Of a stretch of 64,000 bases of DNA, positions 1-9,974 are shown piece after piece. The first letter of the stretch is position 1. The number at the start of each line of letters is the position of its first letter. Source of the stretch: Chthoniobacterales bacterium (GTDB lineage: Bacteria > Verrucomicrobiota > Verrucomicrobiia > Chthoniobacterales > UBA6821); the NCBI GenBank assembly GCA_019747735.1, contig JAIEQL010000005.1:28365-92364 (forward strand). The letters are read 5' to 3'. The notes under the pieces were generated by a model, which saw only the letters and a list, made by a program, of their open reading frames with translations, did no database searches and was not told the DNA's origin. A program made the translations under genes and the position numbers.

Positions 1-201
1 GCTTCCACCTCCATCAGCACTTCGATCATTCCCTTTTCTTCTCCAAAAGCTCATAGAAAGAAAAACACTCCTCAAAAAAAGAACATCAATATCGATGCTC
101 TCCTTGAAAAAATCAGTCAAACAGGAATGGAAAGCCTTACAGAAGAAGAGAAAGAAAAGCTCCAAGAGGCTCGCATGGAGCTCTTGAAAAGAGATGCTTG
201 A
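1..201 (+). CDS. 3' end of an upstream gene (partial, stop TGA 199-201)
   Basis: Frame 1 is open from base 1 to TGA at 199-201. The tail ...NINIDALLEKISQTGMESLTEEEKEKLQEARMELLKRDA resembles the short IDxLLxKIxxxGxxSLTxEEKxxL C-terminal tail seen on some rhomboid-family proteases (tentative). Confidence 0.4.
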   Translation, partial: ASTSISTSIIPFSSPKAHRKKNTPQKKNINIDALLEKISQTGMESLTEEEKEKLQEARMELLKRDA

Positions 202-253
202 ACAACCATATTGTTGTTACAAACCGTTATAATGTGTTACTTTCTGTTACAGT

Positions 254-1087
254 ATGGATCTCCATTGTTCTGACAACCAACAACTCACAACTGACAACTC
301 TAAAAACCTTAGTAGGCACCCCCTTTCCATAGCGATTATTTCTTACAACGAGGAACGCACCCTTGCACGCTGCCTCCAAAGCATTGCGGATTTGGCCCAC
401 GAAATTGTCCTCGTTGATTCTGGTTCCCAAGATAAAACACTCTCCATTGCTGCTTCTTTTGGAGCCCGTATTATTCATCAACCATGGCTTGGATATGCAG
501 CTCAAAAAAATGTGGCTATAGATCATTGCACCCAATCATGGGTTCTGGCGCTGGATTGTGATGAAGAAGTCTCTCCAGAACTGCATCAAAGCCTAGTTCG
601 TTTTTTTGAAGAAGGGAGATACAAAGAGGTGCAGGGAGCTTCTTTTGCCCGTAAAACCTGGTTTCTAGATCGATGGATCACTCATGGAGATTGGTATCCT
701 GATAAAAAATTACGCCTCTTCCGCCGCGATCAAGCTCGCTGGATCAATCCTATTCATGAAAAAATTGCCTTAGAAGGGCCCGTCGTAACGCTTCCAGGAG
801 AGTTACTCCATTATTCTTTTCCCTCCATGAAATCTTACCTCGATAAGATCCATCCTTTTTCCGAAGCATTTCTCAAAGAACAGCGTCAGAAAAAAAAGCC
901 ATGGTCTCTTGGTGCCACTATCACGCACTCCCTATGGCGATTCTTTCGTGCTTATATTTTACGGTGCGGTTTTCTTGATGGCTTTCCAGGCCTTTGGATT
1001 GCTGTTGCTACGGCCTTTGCTGTTTTTGTGCGCTATAGCCGGCTTTACGAAGAGGAAAAGAGAGCCACCGAAAGCACAACTGAGTAA
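254..1087 (+). CDS. Family 2 glycosyltransferase (LPS/cell-envelope type)
   Basis: LSIAIISYNEERTLARCLQSI...VLVDSGSQDKT...ALDCDEEV (GT-A fold with DxD motif). It is the only ATG-initiated frame. The N-terminal ~20 codons run through a CAACTNN heptamer repeat. Confidence 0.8.
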   Translation: MDLHCSDNQQLTTDNSKNLSRHPLSIAIISYNEERTLARCLQSIADLAHEIVLVDSGSQDKTLSIAASFGARIIHQPWLGYAAQKNVAIDHCTQSWVLALDCDEEVSPELHQSLVRFFEEGRYKEVQGASFARKTWFLDRWITHGDWYPDKKLRLFRRDQARWINPIHEKIALEGPVVTLPGELLHYSFPSMKSYLDKIHPFSEAFLKEQRQKKKPWSLGATITHSLWRFFRAYILRCGFLDGFPGLWIAVATAFAVFVRYSRLYEEEKRATESTTE

Positions 1088-1115
1088 TAGACTCCGTTTT
1101 AAAATTTTAGATCTG

Positions 1116-3494
1116 ATGAAATTTTGTCTCCTCTTTTTGGTACTAGGCATACTCTTAATCCCTTCGTCACCTCTTCCTGCAATGGAAGCAAGAAATGAGA
1201 ACGAAGAAGACGGGGCTTCAAGGAAAGTAGATCCTCTTAAAGATAGCCGGGAGGAAGAAGAGGAAGAGCTGATACAAAAGCGTAACAATGGCTATGATCC
1301 TTCTGTCACCCCCACGGTACTCCTTTCTCATAATGGGCAATATGAGAATGAGGAAAGTATTTTGAATCTAGACAACTTAGATCAAGACATAGAGCAAGCT
1401 AACAATGATTTAACTGTGCTACGGGAAAAACCTTCTGAAACATGGTGTATGGAGCGCTTTAGCTACTGGGCTGAGTTGCATGGGAAGTATGATAAGACTG
1501 CTCGTAACTATATTTTGACCAATGAATTAACTCAAAAGCTAGAAGATTTTTATGAAAAGTGTAAGAAGCTTGAGAAAGAACTCACAAAACGATTAGAAGA
1601 GTCAAGTAATCAGGTAAAGCGCACTAATCCATACAACAGCAGTGACGGAAGTGATGGGTCTATGGGAAACCTTAAAATGTTTTCTGAACCGCCTACAAGT
1701 GAGAATGTTTTGCTTCAACTAAGCAATAGAGGGGATCATGAAGAAGACAACCTACACGTAAGCAGTCCAACTCGGCGCTATTCTTTAGATCCAGAACAAC
1801 TACAAGCAGAAATTAAGGATGCTATAGCTATTTCAAATAAAATAGAGCAATTTTCAAGCAAAGAGTGGCTCGGGAATATTTCTGCGTACTGGACTAATCG
1901 TTACGACCATTATGAGAAAGCAGGATTCAAAAAACCTAAAGGCGCAGTATTCAAAGGAGAATTTTCAAAACTGGTAGGAGAGTTATTCTTGGTCTGCGAG
2001 ATACTTCAAACCAAGATCCAGCAACGATTAGCAGCCTTAAGTGAGAATCAACTAATTTATCAGAATTTTCCTAAAGCTGAGTTGAGAAAAGTAGAAAAAA
2101 TTGAGGCGGATACAGAAGCTCAGCTATACGAGGAAAGCAATACTTATCTCCAAAAGTTACAAGAGGAGCATCAAATCATTAAAAGAATTCTGGTCCAAAT
2201 GAAAAATGATCTTTTTTCACCAAAAGAGTTAAAGATACGTTCTGTCCTCAACGAGGAAGCTTATCATCATTATCTCAATATTTTTGAAAACCCATTATTA
2301 AAACAAGTAGCCTCGGATTTTCTAACCAGTTTTCTGGAGGATTATAAAAAGCTCCATAATAAAATTGAGGAACAAACAGAACTCCACCAACAACAGCAAC
2401 AACAGCAACAAAAGGAAGAAGAAACAAAACAATTAGAAACTCTCTTTCTAGAACGGCTGAAATCTCTAGAGGCTCAAATTCAACTCAAGAAGAAGCAACT
2501 GCATTCCTCTTCTAGCTCTTCTAGCATAAATAAGTGGCGTCAAAACCTCTTAAAAGATATGGAGGATTCTTTAAAAGAAGTAGCCAAAAAAATCGAAAGC
2601 ATTGAACTTTTACCAAACTCATCTGCTAGTACTGCTATTAATCTCTTACTCAACTCAGTAGAGAAGTCTCTCCCTGGACTTGAATTACTCGACCAAGAAG
2701 ATACTCGTAAACACTCCTATCAACTGATAAGGAAGGTTCTTTTTGAAAAAGCTCAATATACTCAAGGCGCAGTAGAATTAGCCCCCCTGTTGATCCAACG
2801 TTTTGATGAAGTCCTAACGTGCTGTGAAGAGGCTATCAACACCTATGATAAAGCATTACCTGAATTAACTCTCCTCTTTCATCATAAAGGTGTTGCTAGA
2901 TTTATAGGGGTTATGGAGGATCTTCGATACGAGCAGAATAAGGATGTTAAAGAACTATTGCCTGATCTCCAAGATATCGCTGACCAAGGAATTAAGAATT
3001 GGAAGGCTAACAATTATGATACTAAAACAAACGAGCAACTTAATTTAGAATTAAGCCGCTATAACACGGCATTTTTAAGCCGTAAGAGGGCCATTGACAC
3101 GATCTTGTGCGATCCAACAACCAAGCCGCAAACAACTGCCGAACAGATTGAAATTGCGCATCTCATTAAAGAGGTAGCACTCATTCCAACGATAAAGGAT
3201 GCAAAAACCAATTTTCACAAAGCGGGCATTGCCTATTTTGAAGCTTGGAAAGAAAATGGGAATCAGCCAAGTCAACCCTATTATAAAAAAGCTGGAGAGT
3301 GCTTCAGCAAGGCAGCAAAGGCTACTAATGAACAACAAAAAGAAAATTTCCAACTAGCAGGACATTATTTCTTCCAAGCAGGAGAGGAAGCTAAAAAAAA
3401 CAGCCCCAATGAAGAACACAAACAGGCCAATCTCTCCATGGCTTCCTTCTTTCTAGATAAGGCTAGTAACAGTGGCAATTGTACTATCATGTAG
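1116..3494 (+). CDS. Secreted coiled-coil/low-complexity protein of unknown function (793 aa)
   Basis: Start chosen at ATG 1116 (MKFCLLFLVLGILLIPSSPLPA, a Sec-type signal). The tracked ORF start at 909 overlaps the GT2 gene. The protein is E/K/Q-rich with polyQ (HQQQQQQQQK) and polyS tracts and an internal duplicated module (...SYWAELHGKYDK... / ...SAYWTNRYDHYEK...). No recognisable catalytic motif. Confidence 0.6.
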   Translation: MKFCLLFLVLGILLIPSSPLPAMEARNENEEDGASRKVDPLKDSREEEEEELIQKRNNGYDPSVTPTVLLSHNGQYENEESILNLDNLDQDIEQANNDLTVLREKPSETWCMERFSYWAELHGKYDKTARNYILTNELTQKLEDFYEKCKKLEKELTKRLEESSNQVKRTNPYNSSDGSDGSMGNLKMFSEPPTSENVLLQLSNRGDHEEDNLHVSSPTRRYSLDPEQLQAEIKDAIAISNKIEQFSSKEWLGNISAYWTNRYDHYEKAGFKKPKGAVFKGEFSKLVGELFLVCEILQTKIQQRLAALSENQLIYQNFPKAELRKVEKIEADTEAQLYEESNTYLQKLQEEHQIIKRILVQMKNDLFSPKELKIRSVLNEEAYHHYLNIFENPLLKQVASDFLTSFLEDYKKLHNKIEEQTELHQQQQQQQQKEEETKQLETLFLERLKSLEAQIQLKKKQLHSSSSSSSINKWRQNLLKDMEDSLKEVAKKIESIELLPNSSASTAINLLLNSVEKSLPGLELLDQEDTRKHSYQLIRKVLFEKAQYTQGAVELAPLLIQRFDEVLTCCEEAINTYDKALPELTLLFHHKGVARFIGVMEDLRYEQNKDVKELLPDLQDIADQGIKNWKANNYDTKTNEQLNLELSRYNTAFLSRKRAIDTILCDPTTKPQTTAEQIEIAHLIKEVALIPTIKDAKTNFHKAGIAYFEAWKENGNQPSQPYYKKAGECFSKAAKATNEQQKENFQLAGHYFFQAGEEAKKNSPNEEHKQANLSMASFFLDKASNSGNCTIM

Positions 3495-3544
3495 CAAGGC
3501 ACCTTGCTCTCTCCCACAATAAGTTTTACACAACCTCATCCATG

Positions 3545-3632
3545 TATAGTGGATTAAATTGAAAAGAGCGCGTTAGAAGCGCTGAAATTTTTTGTTAAGA
3601 CAAGGCCGAAGAGTTTAGGCTATCCAAAGATA
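3545..3632. mobile_element. MITE family A, half copy (A1)
   Basis: tatagtggattaaattgaaaagag...aaggccgaagagtttaggctatccaaagata aligns to the left half of the full 164-bp copy at 34873-35036. The right terminal inverted repeat (TIR) is absent. Confidence 0.75.
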
Positions 3633-3688
3633 TCATTTTTTAATCTGTATTCCTGCAACCTAAGCCCCTGTAACCTGCAACCTGTTTT

Positions 3689-5056
3689 ATGATTTCTTCC
3701 CTCGAGCAGCGTGTGACTTATTTAGAAGCAATGCTTCACAACACCGATCCCTCAGCAACAGGAATAGCGCCTATTGCAGCTCCTTCTCACACACTCTGGA
3801 TGATGGTCTCTGCGATTCTAGTGCTTTTTATGGTATTGCCAGGGCTCGCTCTTTTTTATGGCGGACTGGTGCGTCAAAAAAATGTTCTTTCTATTTTAGC
3901 AACCTGCCTTGGGATTGGTGGAATGGTGATCATTCTTTGGTGGGCTGTGGGGTACAGCTTGGTCTTTGGGCATAATTTTCACTCTCCTTTTTTGGGAGGA
4001 ACTGAATATTTTTTCTTACGAGGAGTCACCGAAGTTCCCAATAGTGATTATGCCTATTGGATTTCTCAAAATGTCTTTTGCATTTATGAGCTGATGTTCG
4101 CGATGATCACTCCAGCTCTGATTTTTGGTGCAACTGCAGAACGGATGAAGTTTTCAGCAGTTTTGCTTTATACTTTTTTTTGGATGTTCCTTGTTTACTT
4201 TCCATTAGCCCACATGGTATGGGGCTCTAATGGCTGGATGAATGGGCTACTCAACCCCCATGCAGTGATTCCTGCGCTTGATTTTGCAGGAGGAACCGTT
4301 GTTCACATGTCCTCGGGTTGGTCTGCTTTAATTCTTTGTATGTTGCTTGGGAAGCGCTTGGGACATGGAAAAGAACCGATGATGCCCCATAGCCTTGTGC
4401 TCACTGTGATTGGAACAGGTATTCTTTGGGTGGGATGGTATGGTTTTAATGCTGGGAGTGCTCTGGCTATTGATGCCATCGCCATGAATGCTTTCGTGAC
4501 GACAACACTGGCAGCAGGAGTCGCTTGTTTTACCTGGCCCATGATGGAATTTTTATTTCGCGGCAAACCAAGTGTGCTGGGATGCTGTTCTGGAGCGATT
4601 TCTGGATTGGTAGTAGTAACGCCTGCTTGTGGTTTTATTACAACAGAAGGAGCCATACTCATGGGCGTTGCCGCAGGAGTCATTCCTTATTTTGCCTGCA
4701 CCACCTTGAAGCAATGGCTTAAGTATGACGATGCTCTCGATACTTTTGGGATTCATGGCATCGGAGGAACTATTGGTGCACTCCTGACAGGAGTCTTGGC
4801 AACAGCTACGATGAATCCTCACCTCATCAGCTCTATTACGGCTCAAAATGGGCTTCAGCAAGCATTAACTAATCATTTGCTTTTGATCATTCAGGGGAAA
4901 GCGGTTGGGACAACTCTTCTTTATGCCATCGTCAGCAGTTTGCTCATTGCCCTTTTTGTAAGAGGGACCCTTGGCCTTCGGGCAGAACAAGAGGCAGAGG
5001 CACAGGGCCTCGATATTACTGATCATGGGGAAGAGGGCTACACCATGAATGGGTAG
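3689..5056 (+). CDS. amtB: Ammonium transporter (Amt family)
   Basis: Multi-pass membrane protein with the Amt signature DFAGGTVVHMSSGWSAL and WVGWYGFNAGS. No glnK/PII gene is adjacent. Confidence 0.9.
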   Translation: MISSLEQRVTYLEAMLHNTDPSATGIAPIAAPSHTLWMMVSAILVLFMVLPGLALFYGGLVRQKNVLSILATCLGIGGMVIILWWAVGYSLVFGHNFHSPFLGGTEYFFLRGVTEVPNSDYAYWISQNVFCIYELMFAMITPALIFGATAERMKFSAVLLYTFFWMFLVYFPLAHMVWGSNGWMNGLLNPHAVIPALDFAGGTVVHMSSGWSALILCMLLGKRLGHGKEPMMPHSLVLTVIGTGILWVGWYGFNAGSALAIDAIAMNAFVTTTLAAGVACFTWPMMEFLFRGKPSVLGCCSGAISGLVVVTPACGFITTEGAILMGVAAGVIPYFACTTLKQWLKYDDALDTFGIHGIGGTIGALLTGVLATATMNPHLISSITAQNGLQQALTNHLLLIIQGKAVGTTLLYAIVSSLLIALFVRGTLGLRAEQEAEAQGLDITDHGEEGYTMNG

Positions 5057-5084
5057 AGAGGAAGCAGAAGAACTATTCTTAATC

Positions 5085-5102
5085 TCTTCCATCCCTGTTA
5101 AT
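5085..5102. repeat. Family D 3'-end motif, short copy (D1)
   Basis: tcttccatccctgttaat (minus sense ATTAACAGGGATGGAAGA). It overlaps the mrdA stop codon. Confidence 0.5.
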
Positions 5103-7297
5103 CACTTCTTCGGTGTGGCAGAACGCCCTCCTCCGAGAAAATTAAAGAATTTTCCAAGCGCCCCTTGATCGTGTTTTTTATTTTTCACATGCCCCTGTGC
5201 ATCGGCTTCCTCACTAATATCAGGCGTTGCTTTGCTCTCTTCTGTGGCACTGTTTTCTACAGCAGTTTCTTCGTCAATAACCTCCCCTTGTTCTTGATCA
5301 GCCCCATAAGTGGATGGAGTCGCGCTTGCAAAGTCAATGCTAGCGATAGGATTAAAACTGCCAAGAGCGGGTGGAAGAGCTGTTAACTTCATCTCTTTTC
5401 CTTCCTCCATAGCAAAAATTTCTTCAAGAATTTTTGCTCCCAAAGGAGCTGCTACAGCCCCGCCAGACTTGGCTCCTTGGACTAAAACACAAACCACATA
5501 TTTGGGATGATCATAGGGAGCAAAGCAAAGAAACCAAGTGTGATTGTCTTTGACATGACCACGCCAAAATTGTGCTGTCCCTGTTTTTCCAGCAACAATA
5601 TTTTTTTTAAGACGTGCTTTTTTCGCAGTACCTCCATCTTCATTGACAACCTTCCACATCCCAAGCCGCACCTTCTCGATCTGCCCATCGCTAAATCCTC
5701 CTTCTTTTTTTAAATCCATTTTGATTTTTGCGGGCTCTTCCTCTAACACTGTGCCCTCTTGAGCGACAACTTGTTGAACTAATCGAGGAGCATAACAAGT
5801 CCCTCCGTTGGCTATCGCAGAACCGATCACAGCCATTTGAATAGGCGTTGTGAGCACAAAACCTTGACCAATGGCCACATTAGCAGTATGCCCCATTGTC
5901 CAGTGCTCTTTGGGAACATTAGCAGCTAGCCAGGATGGGCCTGGCAAGACCCCTGGAGCTTCCCCATTAAGTGGAAGTCCTGTTTTTTGACCTAACCCAA
6001 GCATGGTGCCCACCACATCAATTTGATCAATACCAGCGGCATTTCCATATTGATAGAAAAAGGCATTGCACGATTTTTTAATAGCATCACTCAAGTGTAA
6101 GGGGCCATGGGGTGGCAGAGGGGGCTTTGCTGTTAAGACCCAACACTTCATAAATTTGTTGCCATACTGAACACCTCCACTACAGGTGAATTCTTTGTCT
6201 TCAATCCCAGCGCGAATGCCTGCGAGTGCTGTGCAAATTTTAAAAATAGAACCAGGGGCATAAGCACCCATAGCACGATTGGTAAGTGGATCGGTAGGAT
6301 CATCGATGAGTCGCTTCCAATCAGCTTTGGAAATGCTTGGAATAAATTGATTGGGGTCAAAAGAAGGAACGGAGGCCATCGCCAAAATCGCTCCATTATT
6401 AGGATCCATAACAACAGCAGCTCCACGACCCACAACACGCAAAGCTTGCTCCACGATGTATTGGATCTTGGCATCGATGGTTAAAAAAACACGCGCACCT
6501 TGTTGTGCTGCTATTTCTTCTTCGACCTCCTCAATCTCTCCGTGAGCATTCCGTTTGAGAATGCGCTTACCAGGAGTTCCTCTAAGAAAGCGGTCGTAGG
6601 CCAACTCAATCTCTGCCTTGCCAACAAGGTCAGGTTCATAAAAGTGAAATTGACTTGCTTCTTTGGCATCAATTTCCCTGGGCATACCAACATAGCCAAA
6701 CAAGTGTGATGCCAATGCTCCATAAACATAGTGGCGTACTGGTTTGAGACTTACGGTAACACCTGGAAGCTCCAAATTATTCTCTTTAAAACAAGCCATT
6801 GTTTCAAAATCAAGATCTTGTCGATACGAGTAGGGGACCTCTTGATTATTGCGATATTGAAGCTGTAATTTGCGTGCATTGTAATCACCGGCAAGGCCCA
6901 ACTTTTCAAGACGTGGAATGATCGAGCTGTTGACGATCTTGACAATATCAGCCTCCTCTTTAATAAACGGCATACCACGATAAGAAGTTTGGTACTTTAT
7001 CATTGGCAAATAGCCTTCTTTTTCTTTGAAGGCTTTCACAATATCAGGAAGGTAAAAATCAACCTCACAACTAGCCCGATTTTCTACAAGAGGAAGCCCA
7101 TTACGATCGCAGATTTCTCCTCGTATTGCCGGAACACGAATCGTGAGCTCAGAGTTTCCTTTAATTTTTGCGCGATATTGATCTCCACAAATAATCTGCA
7201 CATACCAGAGCTTCGCTATCAAAATAAGAAAAGCCACCGCGATGATACTCACTAGTATCTTCACTTGGCGATGGGCGATGATCTCTCTTTTTCTCAC
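5102..7297 (-). CDS. mrdA: Penicillin-binding protein 2 (elongasome transpeptidase)
   Basis: N-terminal TM anchor. Motifs SxxK (GSIFK), SxN (SCN) and KTG (GKTGTA). Sits directly downstream of mreBCD. Has an acidic, low-complexity C-terminal extension of about 90 aa. Confidence 0.9.
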   Translation of the reverse strand: MRKREIIAHRQVKILVSIIAVAFLILIAKLWYVQIICGDQYRAKIKGNSELTIRVPAIRGEICDRNGLPLVENRASCEVDFYLPDIVKAFKEKEGYLPMIKYQTSYRGMPFIKEEADIVKIVNSSIIPRLEKLGLAGDYNARKLQLQYRNNQEVPYSYRQDLDFETMACFKENNLELPGVTVSLKPVRHYVYGALASHLFGYVGMPREIDAKEASQFHFYEPDLVGKAEIELAYDRFLRGTPGKRILKRNAHGEIEEVEEEIAAQQGARVFLTIDAKIQYIVEQALRVVGRGAAVVMDPNNGAILAMASVPSFDPNQFIPSISKADWKRLIDDPTDPLTNRAMGAYAPGSIFKICTALAGIRAGIEDKEFTCSGGVQYGNKFMKCWVLTAKPPLPPHGPLHLSDAIKKSCNAFFYQYGNAAGIDQIDVVGTMLGLGQKTGLPLNGEAPGVLPGPSWLAANVPKEHWTMGHTANVAIGQGFVLTTPIQMAVIGSAIANGGTCYAPRLVQQVVAQEGTVLEEEPAKIKMDLKKEGGFSDGQIEKVRLGMWKVVNEDGGTAKKARLKKNIVAGKTGTAQFWRGHVKDNHTWFLCFAPYDHPKYVVCVLVQGAKSGGAVAAPLGAKILEEIFAMEEGKEMKLTALPPALGSFNPIASIDFASATPSTYGADQEQGEVIDEETAVENSATEESKATPDISEEADAQGHVKNKKHDQGALGKFFNFLGGGRSATPKK

Positions 7298-7848
7298 GAT
7301 AGAGAGTAGTGGCGAGGAGCAGCACTCTGTTTTTTTACAGGAGGCAAAAGAAACTGCAACACAGCATAACAGAGAGGAGCTAAGAGAAGTGAGACTCCTG
7401 AGGGGATAAAAATGAGGGAAACTGTTGTTGGAGTTAAGTAAAAATTACCCCTGCCAAAAGCAAGAAGTAAAAAAGTTCCCAACAAAAAAGTTGCCGTGCA
7501 AAGAGCACTTCCTAAAGCATGAATTTCCCAACGAACACCATCCATCAGATGGCTAACCCATTGTAGCAGTACGGTCCAGATCATAAAAAAGAAGATAAAC
7601 CATCCTAGCCGTATTTCAATATGACCATGATCAATATGTGTTACCATCAGACCTTCAATAATGGCTGTCATGAAAGCAAATAAAAGCGCTCGAAAAAGAG
7701 GAAGCACCAATGCCCCAAAACAAAAAACAATGGGTACAAAAAAAAGTTGTGCTTGCCCTAAAAAAAAAGCCGGGGCAACGAGATCTTGAAGAATGAGGGC
7801 TGCGATCAATAGCAACGTCAGCAGTAAAAATGGAAAGACTATTTTCAC
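7294..7848 (-). CDS. mreD: Rod shape-determining protein MreD
   Basis: 184-aa polytopic membrane protein. Overlaps mreC and mrdA by 4 nt each, the canonical position. Confidence 0.65.
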   Translation of the reverse strand: MKIVFPFLLLTLLLIAALILQDLVAPAFFLGQAQLFFVPIVFCFGALVLPLFRALLFAFMTAIIEGLMVTHIDHGHIEIRLGWFIFFFMIWTVLLQWVSHLMDGVRWEIHALGSALCTATFLLGTFLLLAFGRGNFYLTPTTVSLIFIPSGVSLLLAPLCYAVLQFLLPPVKKQSAAPRHYSLS

Positions 7849-8642
7849 TTTGCTCCTACAATGACAAAAACTTCTTCCAACTCACTCAAATCCACAGCTG
7901 GTTCCAACAATGCTTGGCCATCCAAGGCACGGGCCTGAAAGCTCTTGATGGTTCCAATGGGAAGACCTGAAGGGAAGACGCCTCCGTGAACACCCGCAGT
8001 ATAAACTCGTTGACCCTCTTTTAAATCAGCTAGCTTACTTAAAAAAACAAGCTGCAGCACTGCTGTCGAATCTCTCAATCCGCTGACAATACCTTGCTCG
8101 GAGGTGCCTTCTACTTTGGCAGCAACATTACACTCTTCATCAGTAAGAAGCATCACGATGGAAAGATTCGATGTTACCACCGTAGTTTTACCAACGACAC
8201 CACTATCTGTAATCACAGGCATATCGGGAGCAATCCCATCATTAGAACCTCGATCAATTTTAATAGTATTCCACCAAGTAGAATGATCGCGAGCAATCAC
8301 TGTAGCTGGCACAAGCTGAAAAGAAGAGTGTTCGCGATAATTGATGATTTGTCGCAATTTTTTATTTTCTTCTTCAACACCGCGTAAAAGTTGATTTTCT
8401 GCAGAGAGTTTTTTGTTCTCCAGTAATAGTAATTGATACTGCTCATCGAGTTGGTCCAATGTAGTCCATTTTTGAGAAACTCCTTCAACATGTTTCTTCA
8501 AAGAAGAACTAGAATGAATCAGAGGCGCAACTAAACTTAAAAAAAGACGCTGAGCCCTTTGCAGCCCATTAGGAGTTAGAAAAGAAAAAAAGAGGATTCC
8601 TACAAGCAGCAGTGGAAAGAGAAAGAAACGCGAGTGCTTCAT
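7845..8642 (-). CDS. mreC: Rod shape-determining protein MreC
   Basis: N-terminal TM, a coiled-coil (LLLENKKLSAENQLLR), then beta-rich domains (MPVITDSGVVGKT...GVFPSGLPIG). Confidence 0.85.
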   Translation of the reverse strand: MKHSRFFLFPLLLVGILFFSFLTPNGLQRAQRLFLSLVAPLIHSSSSLKKHVEGVSQKWTTLDQLDEQYQLLLLENKKLSAENQLLRGVEEENKKLRQIINYREHSSFQLVPATVIARDHSTWWNTIKIDRGSNDGIAPDMPVITDSGVVGKTTVVTSNLSIVMLLTDEECNVAAKVEGTSEQGIVSGLRDSTAVLQLVFLSKLADLKEGQRVYTAGVHGGVFPSGLPIGTIKSFQARALDGQALLEPAVDLSELEEVFVIVGAK

Positions 8643-8823
8643 GAAAGTCTGCTAGTTGAAGTTATGTCGACTTTGCCTTCGGCAAAAAATTATTGTTTAG
8701 CCACATTAGCGGCCTGGTTAATACTTCAACTTTAACTTTTCACTTCAACTTTTATTCTAACAAGTAGATCTCAACTCACTCGTTTTAAAAAGCACTTCAA
8801 CATGAGCCTGTCGCTCAGCGACA

Positions 8824-9864
8824 CTACCTCACCCGATCTTGTGCTGCGACCACACGTAGAAATTCAATTTCTTGCAAGGCTCTTCCGGTGCCCTCTACAA
8901 CAGCACTGAGAGGATCTTCAGCAACATGAACAGGCAAGCTTGTTTCTTTAGCAATGAGCTTATCTAGGCCCCGCAGCAAAGCCCCTCCTCCTGCCAGGAC
9001 AACACCACGATCGACAAGATCAGCAGAGAGTTCTGGCGGGCAACGCTCAAGAGTGATCCGCACTGCATCGACAATAGTGGAAATAGGCTCCATCAAAGCT
9101 TCTCTCACTTCTTTGGAAGAAATAGTGATTGTTTTAGGAAGACCTACAGAAAGGTCGCGTCCTTTGACATCCATGGTTAATTCTTTCTCTAATGGGTAGG
9201 CTGAGCCTATCTGAAGCTTAATATCCTCAGCAGTACGTTCTCCGATGAGGATGTTGTACGCCCGTTTGATATAGTTGATAATTGCTTCATCAAGCTCATC
9301 TCCAGCAATACGGACACTGCGACTAAAAACAATTCCTGCAAGAGAAATGATAGCTACCTCGGTGGTGCCACCACCAATATCAACAATCATATTAGCTGCT
9401 GGGTCTGTTACTGGAAGCCCAACGCCAATAGCTGCAGCCATCGGTTCTTCAATTAAAAAAACTTCTCGAGCTCCAGCGTGCAAAGCAGAATCCTTAACGG
9501 CGCGTTTTTCTACTTCCGTAATACCACTTGGTACGGCAATGACAACACGAGGCCTTACAAAACGACGCACACCATGAGCCTTAGCAATAAAATGCCGCAA
9601 CATGGCTTCTGTAATTTCAAAGTCAGCAATGACGCCGTCTTTGAGCGGTCGAATGGCAGTAATATTGCCAGGGGTACGACCTAGCATTCGTTTAGCTTCG
9701 TCTCCCACTGCAAGCACGTGAGTTGTTCCTGCTTTTACCGCTACAATGGAGGGTTCGCGTAAGACAACACCATGATCTTTGAGATAAACCAAAGTGTTCG
9801 CCGTACCTAAATCAATTCCAATATCGGTCGAAAAAAGACCAAAAAACTTCGAAAAAATACTCAT
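8824..9864 (-). CDS. mreB: Rod shape-determining actin homologue MreB
   Basis: [20 protein letters not shown] and [10 protein letters not shown] actin-fold ATPase motifs. Confidence 0.95.
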   Translation of the reverse strand: MSIFSKFFGLFSTDIGIDLGTANTLVYLKDHGVVLREPSIVAVKAGTTHVLAVGDEAKRMLGRTPGNITAIRPLKDGVIADFEITEAMLRHFIAKAHGVRRFVRPRVVIAVPSGITEVEKRAVKDSALHAGAREVFLIEEPMAAAIGVGLPVTDPAANMIVDIGGGTTEVAIISLAGIVFSRSVRIAGDELDEAIINYIKRAYNILIGERTAEDIKLQIGSAYPLEKELTMDVKGRDLSVGLPKTITISSKEVREALMEPISTIVDAVRITLERCPPELSADLVDRGVVLAGGGALLRGLDKLIAKETSLPVHVAEDPLSAVVEGTGRALQEIEFLRVVAAQDRVR

Positions 9865-9974
9865 AAAAAAATAGAAAAAACTGCTATAGGAAAATAGTCA
9901 TAAAAACACTCAAAGAACACAAAAAAATGGGGTTACCACAAATGAATGATTTTTTACCCATCACTTATTACCCA

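Noticed and set aside
909-1115. 5' extension of the large ORF overlapping the 3' end of the GT2 gene.
   Set aside because: The extension overlaps a well-supported GT2 coding frame. A Sec-type signal peptide begins at ATG 1116, which is the more plausible start.
3495-3688. Expected glnK (PII) partner or nitrogen-regulatory element next to amtB.
   Set aside because: No PII-like ORF flanks amtB. The upstream gap is occupied by half MITE A1 and a heptamer leader. Absence is noted but is not interpretable from one window.
5057-5101. Intrinsic terminators in the convergent gaps amtB/mrdA and purL/priA (53446-53448), and after folB (palindrome gtccgtacggac, 62858-62869).
   Set aside because: The stems are 4-5 bp or absent, and convincing U-tracts are missing. 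purL and priA are separated by a single nucleotide. This is not enough evidence to call terminators.
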